A DNA stretch of 50,779 bases, from assembly GCA_964424375.1 (NCBI GenBank), contig CAYRIH010000001.1, positions 19,577 to 70,355 on the forward strand, given 5' to 3'. Of the stretch, positions 36,415-42,626 are shown one piece after another; position 1 is the first letter of the stretch, and the number at the start of each line of letters is the position of its first letter. The position numbers and the translations under genes were made by a program. The DNA is from an uncultured Candidatus Saccharibacteria bacterium (GTDB taxonomy: Bacteria; Patescibacteriota; Kazan-3B-28; UBA10110). A model generated the notes under the pieces. The model ran no database searches, was not told where the DNA came from, and was given only the letters and a program-made list of their open reading frames with translations.

Positions 36415-37269
36415 ATGGAGATAAAAGTAAAGGCAGTAGCAGATAAACGCATATTCTGTTTATATGCCGCTTTAAATGCTACAGTTTATGATAAAGAAAA
36501 TGCCGAGGCAATGCATTCGCTTCGCTTAAAAGTACGAGATTATTTAAATAGTAGAGATTTATTATTAGGAGAGTTAAAACAACTTTTTGCCAAGTACCCA
36601 GAAGAATTTTATTATCGTTTTCGTCATTGGATATTAAGTCATGGCAATCCGCCGGAGTTTAAAGAAATTAATAATTTTTGGAAATGTAATAGTTTAAGAG
36701 ATTTAGATAGATTTAAAGAATTGTTGCGAGACTTCTGGAATCAAAGCCAAATCGAGAAATTATGGCAGGAATTTAGTATTGAATATAAATCTGCAATTAA
36801 AGAAGCACAAAAAAATGGGGAGATTGCGGTTAAACAAGTAACAGATTATTTAAATATAGAAAATTTGAATATAGAGAAGTTGATAATTATTCCGAATTTG
36901 TTAGATAGTTACAACATTGGGTTAGGACCTACAGTTAATAAAACTGCCTATGCTATTTTGGGTCCTTCACAAAATGGGTTTTCTGTGCCTCGCATCGAAC
37001 ATGAATTATTGCATTCGATTATTAATCCATTAACAGAAGATTTTAATAAACAAAAAAGGTCAAAACTGCGAGAATATATTATTAGAGCAATAGTGTTGAG
37101 GCTAAATAAAGATAATCAAAGATACTACAAAGAATCAAAACAAAAATTAATTGATAAAGAATACATTTATATTGACGATTTTTTAAATAATTTAGAGATA
37201 TTTGAAAAGAGTAAACAACCATTTAACAAGTATTTTAAACACTGGTTATTGAATATCCAGCTTGATTAA
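36415..37269 (+). CDS. HExxH-motif protein (putative zinc metallopeptidase) heading the RiPP operon
   Basis: 284 aa with IEHELLHSI as the only HExxH motif. Same strand as the radical-SAM gene and 70 nt upstream of it. Confidence 0.55.
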   Translation: MEIKVKAVADKRIFCLYAALNATVYDKENAEAMHSLRLKVRDYLNSRDLLLGELKQLFAKYPEEFYYRFRHWILSHGNPPEFKEINNFWKCNSLRDLDRFKELLRDFWNQSQIEKLWQEFSIEYKSAIKEAQKNGEIAVKQVTDYLNIENLNIEKLIIIPNLLDSYNIGLGPTVNKTAYAILGPSQNGFSVPRIEHELLHSIINPLTEDFNKQKRSKLREYIIRAIVLRLNKDNQRYYKESKQKLIDKEYIYIDDFLNNLEIFEKSKQPFNKYFKHWLLNIQLD

Positions 37270-37344
37270 TTAGCTCTGGTAGCGTATAATATTGTTAGTA
37301 CCTTAAAATCATTTAATCTCTATAGAAGGAGGTGACCTTTGAAC

Positions 37345-38631
37345 ATGGAGATAAAAACTGAGTTGATACGGGACACTATTGTCGTTCATGGTCCTGATGC
37401 TGTTTATTTGTATGCACAGTCTACACAACAGGTAGCCCGAGTGCGTGAATTGACCATGACTATTAAAAATAATCTAACTAATAAGGGTTTTTTTAATATG
37501 GTTCCCAGGTCAATGCGGTATCGCCCTCCAAGGAAGTGGAAAAGTTTAATGTTGCTTTTGGCTAAAGATTGTCCACTTAAATGCAGATATTGTTATGCCC
37601 ATGGAGGTAGCAACAATGAGATGATGAGTCCAGAGGTCGCCAATAGAGCAGTTGCTGTTTATCTTGCTACTCAACCAAAGAACCCTAGGGTAATTTTGTT
37701 TGGTGGTGGTGAACCAGCAATGAACATTCCAGCCATTAAGCATATTGTTAATAAGTATGGTACGAGTATCAAGTGGCACATGACAACTTCTGGGGTGATG
37801 TCTCAATCGTTTTTGCGATGGTTGATAGAACATGAAGTGGGAATGACTATTTCTATTGATGGACCACCAGACATTCAAAATGATTTGCGTCCCCTGCGTG
37901 GAGGTGGTGCTTCAGCACCGATTGTTGAGCAGACCATTAGAACACTGGCAATGGAGTCCAATAGGAGAGTTAGTCTAAGGGCAACCATTACTCGTAGTAC
38001 ACTCTGGGAGATGAGTCGGATTTTAGACTATTTCAGTGAGTTGGGAGCAAAAACAGTTCATATTGAGAGGGTTTATTCTCTTGGACGAGCGTTAAAGGAT
38101 AATTCAGATAACTTAAGCCCATTAAATTTATCTGAGATGGTAGAGATGGCAACGCTTGGATTGGACTGGGCAAAGACAACTGGAAAACGTCTCAAAATAG
38201 GTGGTTTGACATATTTATTAAACCCTCGCATTTCCCATTATTGTGGGGCAATGTCAGGACAAAGTATGGTTGTTAACCATTTAGGACAACTTACGAGTTG
38301 TAGTGAAGTTGTTGATGATCAGACAAAAGAGTGGTCACTTTTCCAATTAGGCTATATTGACAAGCATAGCCAAGTACATTTGGATGAACAAAAACTTGTT
38401 CATTCTCAGCATCGCGTGGTTACTAACATGGAAGCATGTAAATCATGCTTTGCTAGATACTTATGTAGAGGAGGTTGTGCTCATAAGGCATGGGCAGTGA
38501 CAGGTGATATTTTTACACCAGATCCTCAGCACTGTCAATTCATTCGTGCAATTATTCCTATTTTGATTCAGCGCATGGTCGATCAGCATTATCCTCAGTT
38601 GAGGAAATCTAAAGAAAGGATGGTGCAATAA
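37345..38631 (+). CDS. radical SAM enzyme with C-terminal SPASM domain (peptide-modifying maturase type)
   Basis: CPLKCRYCYA CxxxCxxC cluster motif, GGGEP, and SPASM cysteines CGAMSG...C...CKSCFARYLCRGGCAHKAW. The GGAGGTG Shine-Dalgarno lies 10 nt before ATG 37345; the track uses TTG 37339. Confidence 0.85.
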   Translation: MEIKTELIRDTIVVHGPDAVYLYAQSTQQVARVRELTMTIKNNLTNKGFFNMVPRSMRYRPPRKWKSLMLLLAKDCPLKCRYCYAHGGSNNEMMSPEVANRAVAVYLATQPKNPRVILFGGGEPAMNIPAIKHIVNKYGTSIKWHMTTSGVMSQSFLRWLIEHEVGMTISIDGPPDIQNDLRPLRGGGASAPIVEQTIRTLAMESNRRVSLRATITRSTLWEMSRILDYFSELGAKTVHIERVYSLGRALKDNSDNLSPLNLSEMVEMATLGLDWAKTTGKRLKIGGLTYLLNPRISHYCGAMSGQSMVVNHLGQLTSCSEVVDDQTKEWSLFQLGYIDKHSQVHLDEQKLVHSQHRVVTNMEACKSCFARYLCRGGCAHKAWAVTGDIFTPDPQHCQFIRAIIPILIQRMVDQHYPQLRKSKERMVQ

Positions 38632-38632
38632 C

Positions 38633-38752
38633 ATGCCAAATAGTGATATCTTTGTAAGTAATGCTGAGTTGTCTGAATTGTTCGCCTTAGACAACACCTG
38701 TCCTACGCACTATGAATGTGGCGACGACTGCACCTGCGATGATGATCCATAA
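38633..38752 (+). CDS. 39-aa Cys/Asp-rich putative RiPP precursor peptide (MPNSDIFVSNAELSELFALDNTCPTHYECGDDCTCDDDP)
   Basis: Not in the ORF track because it is too short. The ATG lies 1 nt after the radical-SAM stop, and a strong terminator follows at 38788-38817. The layout is a leader-like N-terminal half plus a core with 4 Cys and 6 Asp/Glu. Confidence 0.6.
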   Translation: MPNSDIFVSNAELSELFALDNTCPTHYECGDDCTCDDDP

Positions 38753-38787
38753 ACAAGGAGTTTAAAGTGACATCATTGCAATGATGT

Positions 38788-38817
38788 GCCCCAACTGAAA
38801 TATGTTGGGGCTTTTTG
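38788..38817 (+). terminator. rho-independent terminator of the RiPP operon
   Basis: GCCCCAAC-tgaaatat-GTTGGGGC followed by TTTTTG. Confidence 0.75.
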
Positions 38818-38867
38818 TATCATAATTATTATTTGAATATATCTGAAATGCTTTATAAATTCGCGAC

Positions 38868-38927
38868 CGTATAATTTCAGAGCTGTTTTCACCCCACTTA
38901 TTCAAAAAAGCTCCTGACGGAGCTTTA
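38868..38927. repeat. degenerate island intergenic module (E6) merged with the terminator of the 38964..39524 gene
   Basis: Reads cgtataatttcagagctgttttcaccccacttattcaaaaaagctcctgacggagcttt. On the minus strand AAAGCTCCGTCAGGAGCTTTTTT is a terminator. Confidence 0.45.
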
Positions 38928-38963
38928 ATATAGAATTTCACTGTGAATAAAAACAAAGATGTT

Positions 38964-39524
38964 TTAGTGCGATGCTATGAGCGAGATTGTTGCCTGACCT
39001 TCATCAGTAAAACGTAGGTTATCCGTAATAATGCTGTTGCCAGAAACTTTAGCAACTCGACGGATAAAATTTTCGAGTACCCCCAGCCGAGCCACTACCA
39101 AGAGCATCACTGCTTCGTCCTCCATCTCCGAGAGACCGGAAAAGGAAAAAACAAACCTATACCCAGATATTCCACAACCAACAGCTCCGCCCCATCTCTG
39201 TTTTTCAGGGTTTCGAGATTCCCAGCTTAACAAAAGATCACTTGGATGTGCTCGATCTGTGTCCATATCCATAAGCATAGAGGTACGTTTTGCCTTCTCT
39301 ACACAAAATTCAGAGTATTTACCCCCCTTACCATTCATGATTTCCCCAACTAAAGTGGGAGGAATCAAGAAAGTATTGGTTGCATGATCGAGAAGACAAA
39401 AATATCCTCCCAACTTTTTCGGCACAGTGAGGGCGAGCACCTCCTCGATCAATTCTACGACTATCGCCAAAACTGCAGAAACCAACCTTGGGAATTGTCC
39501 CGCAACAGAAAAGTCTAAACTCAT
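38964..39524 (-). CDS. hypothetical protein, possibly GlcG/HbpS-like (DUF336)
   Basis: 186 aa and GC-richer than the surroundings. GGAVGCGISG...FSGLSEMEDEAVMLLV loosely resembles the DUF336 G-rich loop plus DE motif. A TTGACA-17-TATACT promoter is at 39565-39600 on the minus strand. Confidence 0.4.
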   Translation of the reverse strand: MSLDFSVAGQFPRLVSAVLAIVVELIEEVLALTVPKKLGGYFCLLDHATNTFLIPPTLVGEIMNGKGGKYSEFCVEKAKRTSMLMDMDTDRAHPSDLLLSWESRNPEKQRWGGAVGCGISGYRFVFSFSGLSEMEDEAVMLLVVARLGVLENFIRRVAKVSGNSIITDNLRFTDEGQATISLIASH

Positions 39525-39601
39525 TCTTATTCACCTCCAAATCAAGGAGCATCAGAGCCCCTGTTGATACTTAAAGTATATTCTAACTACACTTTAGTGT
39601 C

Positions 39602-39685
39602 AAAAAACTACCTTTCAGAGCTATTTTTATCTTATTTATTCAACAAAGAATTTTTGTATAAACTACTGGATTATGAGAAAATAAT
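39602..39685. repeat. island intergenic module, long form, copy E4
   Basis: Reads aaaaaactacctttcagagctatttttatcttatttattcaacaaagaatttttgtataaactactggattatgagaaaat. It matches 42161-42242 at most positions. Confidence 0.8.
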
Positions 39686-39806
39686 TATAGCCAATCCGAT
39701 GAAGGTCGCCCACCAGGGCGACAAGGCTACATGGGTAACTGTCACCTGCCAGGGTGACACTAACCACTTGGGCATGGTACCGGTACTCACCATGCCCCTT
39801 TTTTTA
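39668..39806 (+). ncRNA. candidate small RNA R1 (promoter TGTATAAA inside E4; two similar 18-nt hairpins; strong terminator)
   Basis: Contains GTCGCCCaccaGGGCGAC and GTCACCtgccagGGTGAC, then GGGCATGGTaccggtactcACCATGCCC followed by a T7 run. No conserved ORF (ATG AGA AAA TAA only). Confidence 0.4.
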
Positions 39807-39845
39807 TGTCTACCTGCCCAAGCAGGCAACGCCGTTGAGAATATA

Positions 39846-39883
39846 AAATAAAACCATGCGGTTAAAGTTTAGGCATGGTTTTG
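39846..39883 (-). terminator. rho-independent terminator after 39895..40269
   Basis: AAAACCATGC-loop-GCATGGTTTT followed by ATTTT on the minus strand. Confidence 0.6.
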
Positions 39884-39894
39884 TTCGGTGAGGT

Positions 39895-40269
39895 TCAAAT
39901 TTCGAATTCGGTGAAACCGGCAGGCATGAGTCTTGTCCAAACATATGCTTTCCGGTTAGATCCATTGAAGACCAATTCGTTGGTTTTGCACATGATCTGC
40001 ATGGCCTTAGCAATGTTGTCGTTCCTTTCCTGAAGATTCACTCGCCGGGACGGATAATCATTAGCGTCGATTTGGATGATTGCCGCATAGCCCCTAGTTT
40101 CATCCATTTCCCCGAATGGGCGGAATTCCACCTCGACATCCTCAGGAACAAGGGGTCCATTTTCATCTGTACAACTTAAAGCGTCAGCCACGATTTTGGC
40201 AATAGGCGTTACGAGAGGCTTATTGAACCGCACATGGCGAGCATCGTATTTGAATATAACCTGTGGCAT
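39895..40269 (-). CDS. hypothetical protein
   Basis: 124 aa and GC-richer than the surroundings. Preceded by the duplicated TTGACT-17-TATATT promoter/5'UTR module and a GGAG Shine-Dalgarno. Confidence 0.55.
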   Translation of the reverse strand: MPQVIFKYDARHVRFNKPLVTPIAKIVADALSCTDENGPLVPEDVEVEFRPFGEMDETRGYAAIIQIDANDYPSRRVNLQERNDNIAKAMQIMCKTNELVFNGSNRKAYVWTRLMPAGFTEFEI

Positions 40270-40279
40270 CAATGTTCAT

Positions 40280-40335
40280 CTCCTTTTCAAGGTTTTTGGT
40301 ATTTGAATATACCAATTCTAATCTGATTAGTCAAC
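40280..40335 (-). promoter_or_regulatory. duplicated promoter plus 5'UTR module, copy 1
   Basis: Minus strand reads GTTGACTAATCAGATTAGAATTGGTATATTCAAATACCAAAAACCTTGAAAAGGAG. 54 of 56 nt are identical to 42080-42135. Confidence 0.7.
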
Positions 40336-40339
40336 GGCT

Positions 40340-40357
40340 TTCTGCTGTATAGCAGAA
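40340..40357. repeat. third, shorter copy of the TTCTGCTGTA(C/T)AGCAGAA palindrome
   Basis: Reads ttctgctgtatagcagaa. Confidence 0.7.
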
Positions 40358-40387
40358 CAGGCATATTCGCCGTTTATTTATAGTATT

Positions 40388-40420
40388 AAAAAAGCCCGTA
40401 TTAAAATTGATTAACGGGCT
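40388..40420 (-). terminator. rho-independent terminator after the lipoprotein gene
   Basis: AGCCCGTTAA-loop-TACGGGCT followed by TTTTTT on the minus strand. Confidence 0.6.
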
Positions 40421-40442
40421 AAGTGGCTCTTGGTAATAGTTG

Positions 40443-40799
40443 TCATTCTTGTTGGACGCGGTACCAAACTTCCGCAGAAATCAGATATCCCGAGTCATAT
40501 ATTGTTCTTACGGTAATAATGTCATATTCCCCACTGTTTACAATTCTTTCCAATTCCGCTCTAATTTCTGGCTCTCTTAAGTCATAGCCTCCGCCCAATA
40601 GACCCCGATTACCTGTGATAAAAATAACTCTAACTTCAGTGCCAGATCCTTCTTCCGCGAGAATTGGGTCAGAAGTTTCTTCTGCATTTGCATCAAATGC
40701 TGTAGTTTCTACTCGAGTTTGAGACTCACATCCTGCAAAAGACAACATGCCCAAAATTGCGATAAGAATAACTGCTATTACTACGACAAGGTTTCGCAT
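40443..40799 (-). CDS. putative lipoprotein
   Basis: MRNLVVVIAVILIAILGMLSFAGC is a signal peptide with a lipobox. The ATG lies 8 nt after AAAGGAGG; the track ORF starts at 40835. Confidence 0.6.
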   Translation of the reverse strand: MRNLVVVIAVILIAILGMLSFAGCESQTRVETTAFDANAEETSDPILAEEGSGTEVRVIFITGNRGLLGGGYDLREPEIRAELERIVNSGEYDIITVRTIYDSGYLISAEVWYRVQQE

Positions 40800-40847
40800 G
40801 TCTACAGCCTCCTTTTCTGGGATTTGTAATGTCAAAGATACTTATTT

Positions 40848-40882
40848 AATATCAAAAAATACGCTTCTAGTCAAGCTTTTTA
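40848..40882 (-). promoter_or_regulatory. duplicated promoter module (TTGACT-17-TATTAA), copy 1
   Basis: Plus strand reads aatatcaaaaaatacgcttctagtcaagcttttta. It differs at 1 position from 41548-41582. Confidence 0.6.
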
Positions 40883-40984
40883 TTACTTATTAACTTATTA
40901 ATATTTTATTTAGATAAAAAGAAAAGGCGAGAGTAAACTCATCGCCAATTTTTTAGAGAATAATACTACACAAGGAAATAAAAT

Positions 40985-41479
40985 CTAACCTCTTCTAATT
41001 CCCTTTAAATACTCATTCAATGCAGCAAAGAATTCTGCATTTGTGGTTACAGTCATTTTACTCGGCTGTTCTTTTAATTCGACTATTTGTAATGGTTTTA
41101 CAGCTAATTCAGTATCACTTTTCCCATCCCAATTTTTGGTTACAGGAAAACCAGCCTTTTCCAATCCCGGATCCCAAGTAGAATCTACAATGACCCACTT
41201 GCCATCTATCTGAATTTTTATGGCGAGATGCTGTCCTAAGTGGTCCTCTTTTTTGTCTATAATCACCCTCGGTATTGGCAAACTTCTCCAATCAAAATTT
41301 ATCAATAAGTACTTCACCTGAATACCGAGTTTTTTATATTCCCTCCCTAGAAAGCCGTTCTTTTCCAAACAGCAGCCTTTATTCATCTTCAATAACTTAT
41401 CCGGATCCCTTTCCCTCAAACAATAGTAAGGAATCCGCTGGGCTTTTTCAAAAAGGCTAATAATTTCTCTTATATTCAT
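40985..41479 (-). CDS. transglutaminase-like cysteine-protease-fold protein
   Basis: Candidate Cys-His-Asp triad in context: KGCCLEKNGFL ... HLAIKIQIDGKWVIVDSTWD. Confidence 0.65.
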   Translation of the reverse strand: MNIREIISLFEKAQRIPYYCLRERDPDKLLKMNKGCCLEKNGFLGREYKKLGIQVKYLLINFDWRSLPIPRVIIDKKEDHLGQHLAIKIQIDGKWVIVDSTWDPGLEKAGFPVTKNWDGKSDTELAVKPLQIVELKEQPSKMTVTTNAEFFAALNEYLKGIRRG

Positions 41480-41547
41480 TTTTATCTCCTTTCAATGTGC
41501 CAAGCGGTTTGGATTTAGCTAAAAAGGCATTCACTTTTATAACAATA

Positions 41548-41582
41548 AAATATCAAAAAATACGCTTCTGGTCAAGCTTTTT
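41548..41582 (-). promoter_or_regulatory. duplicated promoter module, copy 2
   Basis: Plus strand reads aatatcaaaaaatacgcttctggtcaagcttttta. Confidence 0.6.
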
Positions 41583-41589
41583 ACATAAT

Positions 41590-41611
41590 AAAAAACCCGC
41601 AAAAAGCGGGT
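41590..41611 (-). terminator. rho-independent terminator after 41645..42070
   Basis: AACCCGCtttttGCGGGTT flanked by A and T runs. Confidence 0.65.
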
Positions 41612-41644
41612 TAATTGGTCGAGGGGTCGGAGTCAGAAATGGTA

Positions 41645-42070
41645 TTATTCTTCTGAATCCGGGGGGACAAGCACCCATTCAATACTTAAACGATCGGCAT
41701 CCCAGTCAGCCAAAACCACGTTCTTTATGGATTGGTCTTCTGTGCGAGATACTTCATTCAAATAAGGTACAACAAGATATAAACAACCTTTATGTACCCC
41801 CTCATTCTTGGGTCTCGGCTGATTATCAATCCTCTTCACCAGTCGTTCGCTGGACACTTGAGGAAGATCTAACCGGTTCTGAAGTATGTGAATTGTCAAT
41901 ATTCCAGATGCCTCGTCAGCCATATCCAGTATGATGAATGGATATGCGTTGCACTGCTTGATAACTTCTCTACAGAAGCGAACTTTCTCCTCTTGGGTAG
42001 AGGAGGCTTTGATAATATCCACCGGAAAATCTGAAAGATCAGCCGGTGGTCTGCCTGTCATTATCAACAT
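41645..42070 (-). CDS. hypothetical protein
   Basis: 141 aa. The start is chosen at the ATG (MLIMTGRPP) following the shared 5'UTR and AAAAGGAGAG; the track ORF starts at 42115. Confidence 0.5.
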   Translation of the reverse strand: MLIMTGRPPADLSDFPVDIIKASSTQEEKVRFCREVIKQCNAYPFIILDMADEASGILTIHILQNRLDLPQVSSERLVKRIDNQPRPKNEGVHKGCLYLVVPYLNEVSRTEDQSIKNVVLADWDADRLSIEWVLVPPDSEE

Positions 42071-42079
42071 GGGTACGCT

Positions 42080-42135
42080 CTCCTTTTCAAGGTTTTTGAT
42101 ATCTGAATATACCAATTCTAATCTGATTAGTCAAC
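42080..42135 (-). promoter_or_regulatory. duplicated promoter plus 5'UTR module, copy 2
   Basis: See 40280-40335. Confidence 0.7.
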
Positions 42136-42160
42136 AACTCCCTAACTCCTGACCAGGTAA

Positions 42161-42242
42161 ACAAAACTGACTTTCAGGGTTATTTTTATCCTATTTCTTA
42201 AACAAAGAATTTTTGTATAAACTGTTGGATTATGAGAAAATT
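42161..42242. repeat. island intergenic module, long form, copy E5
   Basis: Reads acaaaactgactttcagggttatttttatcctatttcttaaacaaagaatttttgtataaactgttggattatgagaaaatt. Confidence 0.8.
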
Positions 42243-42338
42243 GGCATGCCAGCAGGTAAAGGTGAGATGTTTGGGTCAAAGGGTGCTCTGGCACCCCCCT
42301 CCCTGTGGGCATGGGTTCTAACCATGCCCACTTTTCTT
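42228..42338 (+). ncRNA. candidate small RNA R2 (promoter inside E5, terminator GTGGGCATGG..CCATGCCCAC)
   Basis: Has the same promoter context as R1, a different body, and a terminator hairpin of the same family followed by a T-run. Confidence 0.35.
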
Positions 42339-42469
42339 GTGTAATTCTCATAATCATGAGAGAATTATTATGCTTATCAGGGAAAGGGGCTCTAATTTGC
42401 TCCAAAGAGGGGTTACAAATAGTAACCCTCCCGACTTGTGGGCATGGTCCCCGACCATGCCCTTTTTTT
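42339..42469 (+). ncRNA. candidate small RNA R3 or read-through extension of R2
   Basis: Contains the GGGTTACaaatagGTAACCC hairpin, then GGGCATGGTccccgACCATGCCC followed by a T7 run. The following tatgtata matches the sequence after the R1 terminator. Confidence 0.3.
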
Positions 42470-42480
42470 ATGTATAGATT

Positions 42481-42578
42481 CCCTGGCCGGGCAGGCTGGA
42501 GTCGCTTCGCTTCCCTGCCTACCGGCAGGCAGGCCAGAATGACCCTCCGTCGCCTTTCAGGCTATGGAGGGCTGTCGC
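42481..42578. repeat. GC-rich palindromic mini-element cluster (CCCTGGCC..GGGCAGGC type)
   Basis: Reads ccctggccgggcaggc ... ccctgcctaccggcaggcagg .... The same terminal motifs occur at 35629-35657 and, on the other strand, at 12379-12421. Confidence 0.6.
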
Positions 42579-42626
42579 AATAGGATGGATTCCAAATACT
42601 AAATTCTATATTCCAGATACTAAATA

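Noticed and set aside
39708-39758. Two similar 18-nt units (GTCGCCCACCAGGGCGAC and GTCACCTGCCAGGGTGAC) separated by 18 nt. I considered a mini CRISPR array.
   Set aside because: There are only two copies. Each is a self-complementary hairpin far shorter than CRISPR repeats. There are no cas genes, and both units lie inside a terminator-bounded small RNA-like unit.
39564-40013. Track ORFs 39564..39851 (+), 39810..40013 (-), 41497..41934 (+), 42142..42405 (-) and 42305..42583 (+) in repeat-rich intergenic DNA.
   Set aside because: They run through repeat modules, terminator hairpins and GC-rich palindromes, with no start context. They are better explained as non-coding elements.
34682-42242. 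Repeat-delimited cassettes, considered as an integron or CALIN array with attC sites.
   Set aside because: I could not find the R''/L''-L'/R' architecture or complementary RYYYAAC/GTTRRRY cores. ACTAAC versus GTTGAA are not complementary. There is no intI in the window. The modules carry promoters, whereas integron cassettes are typically promoterless.
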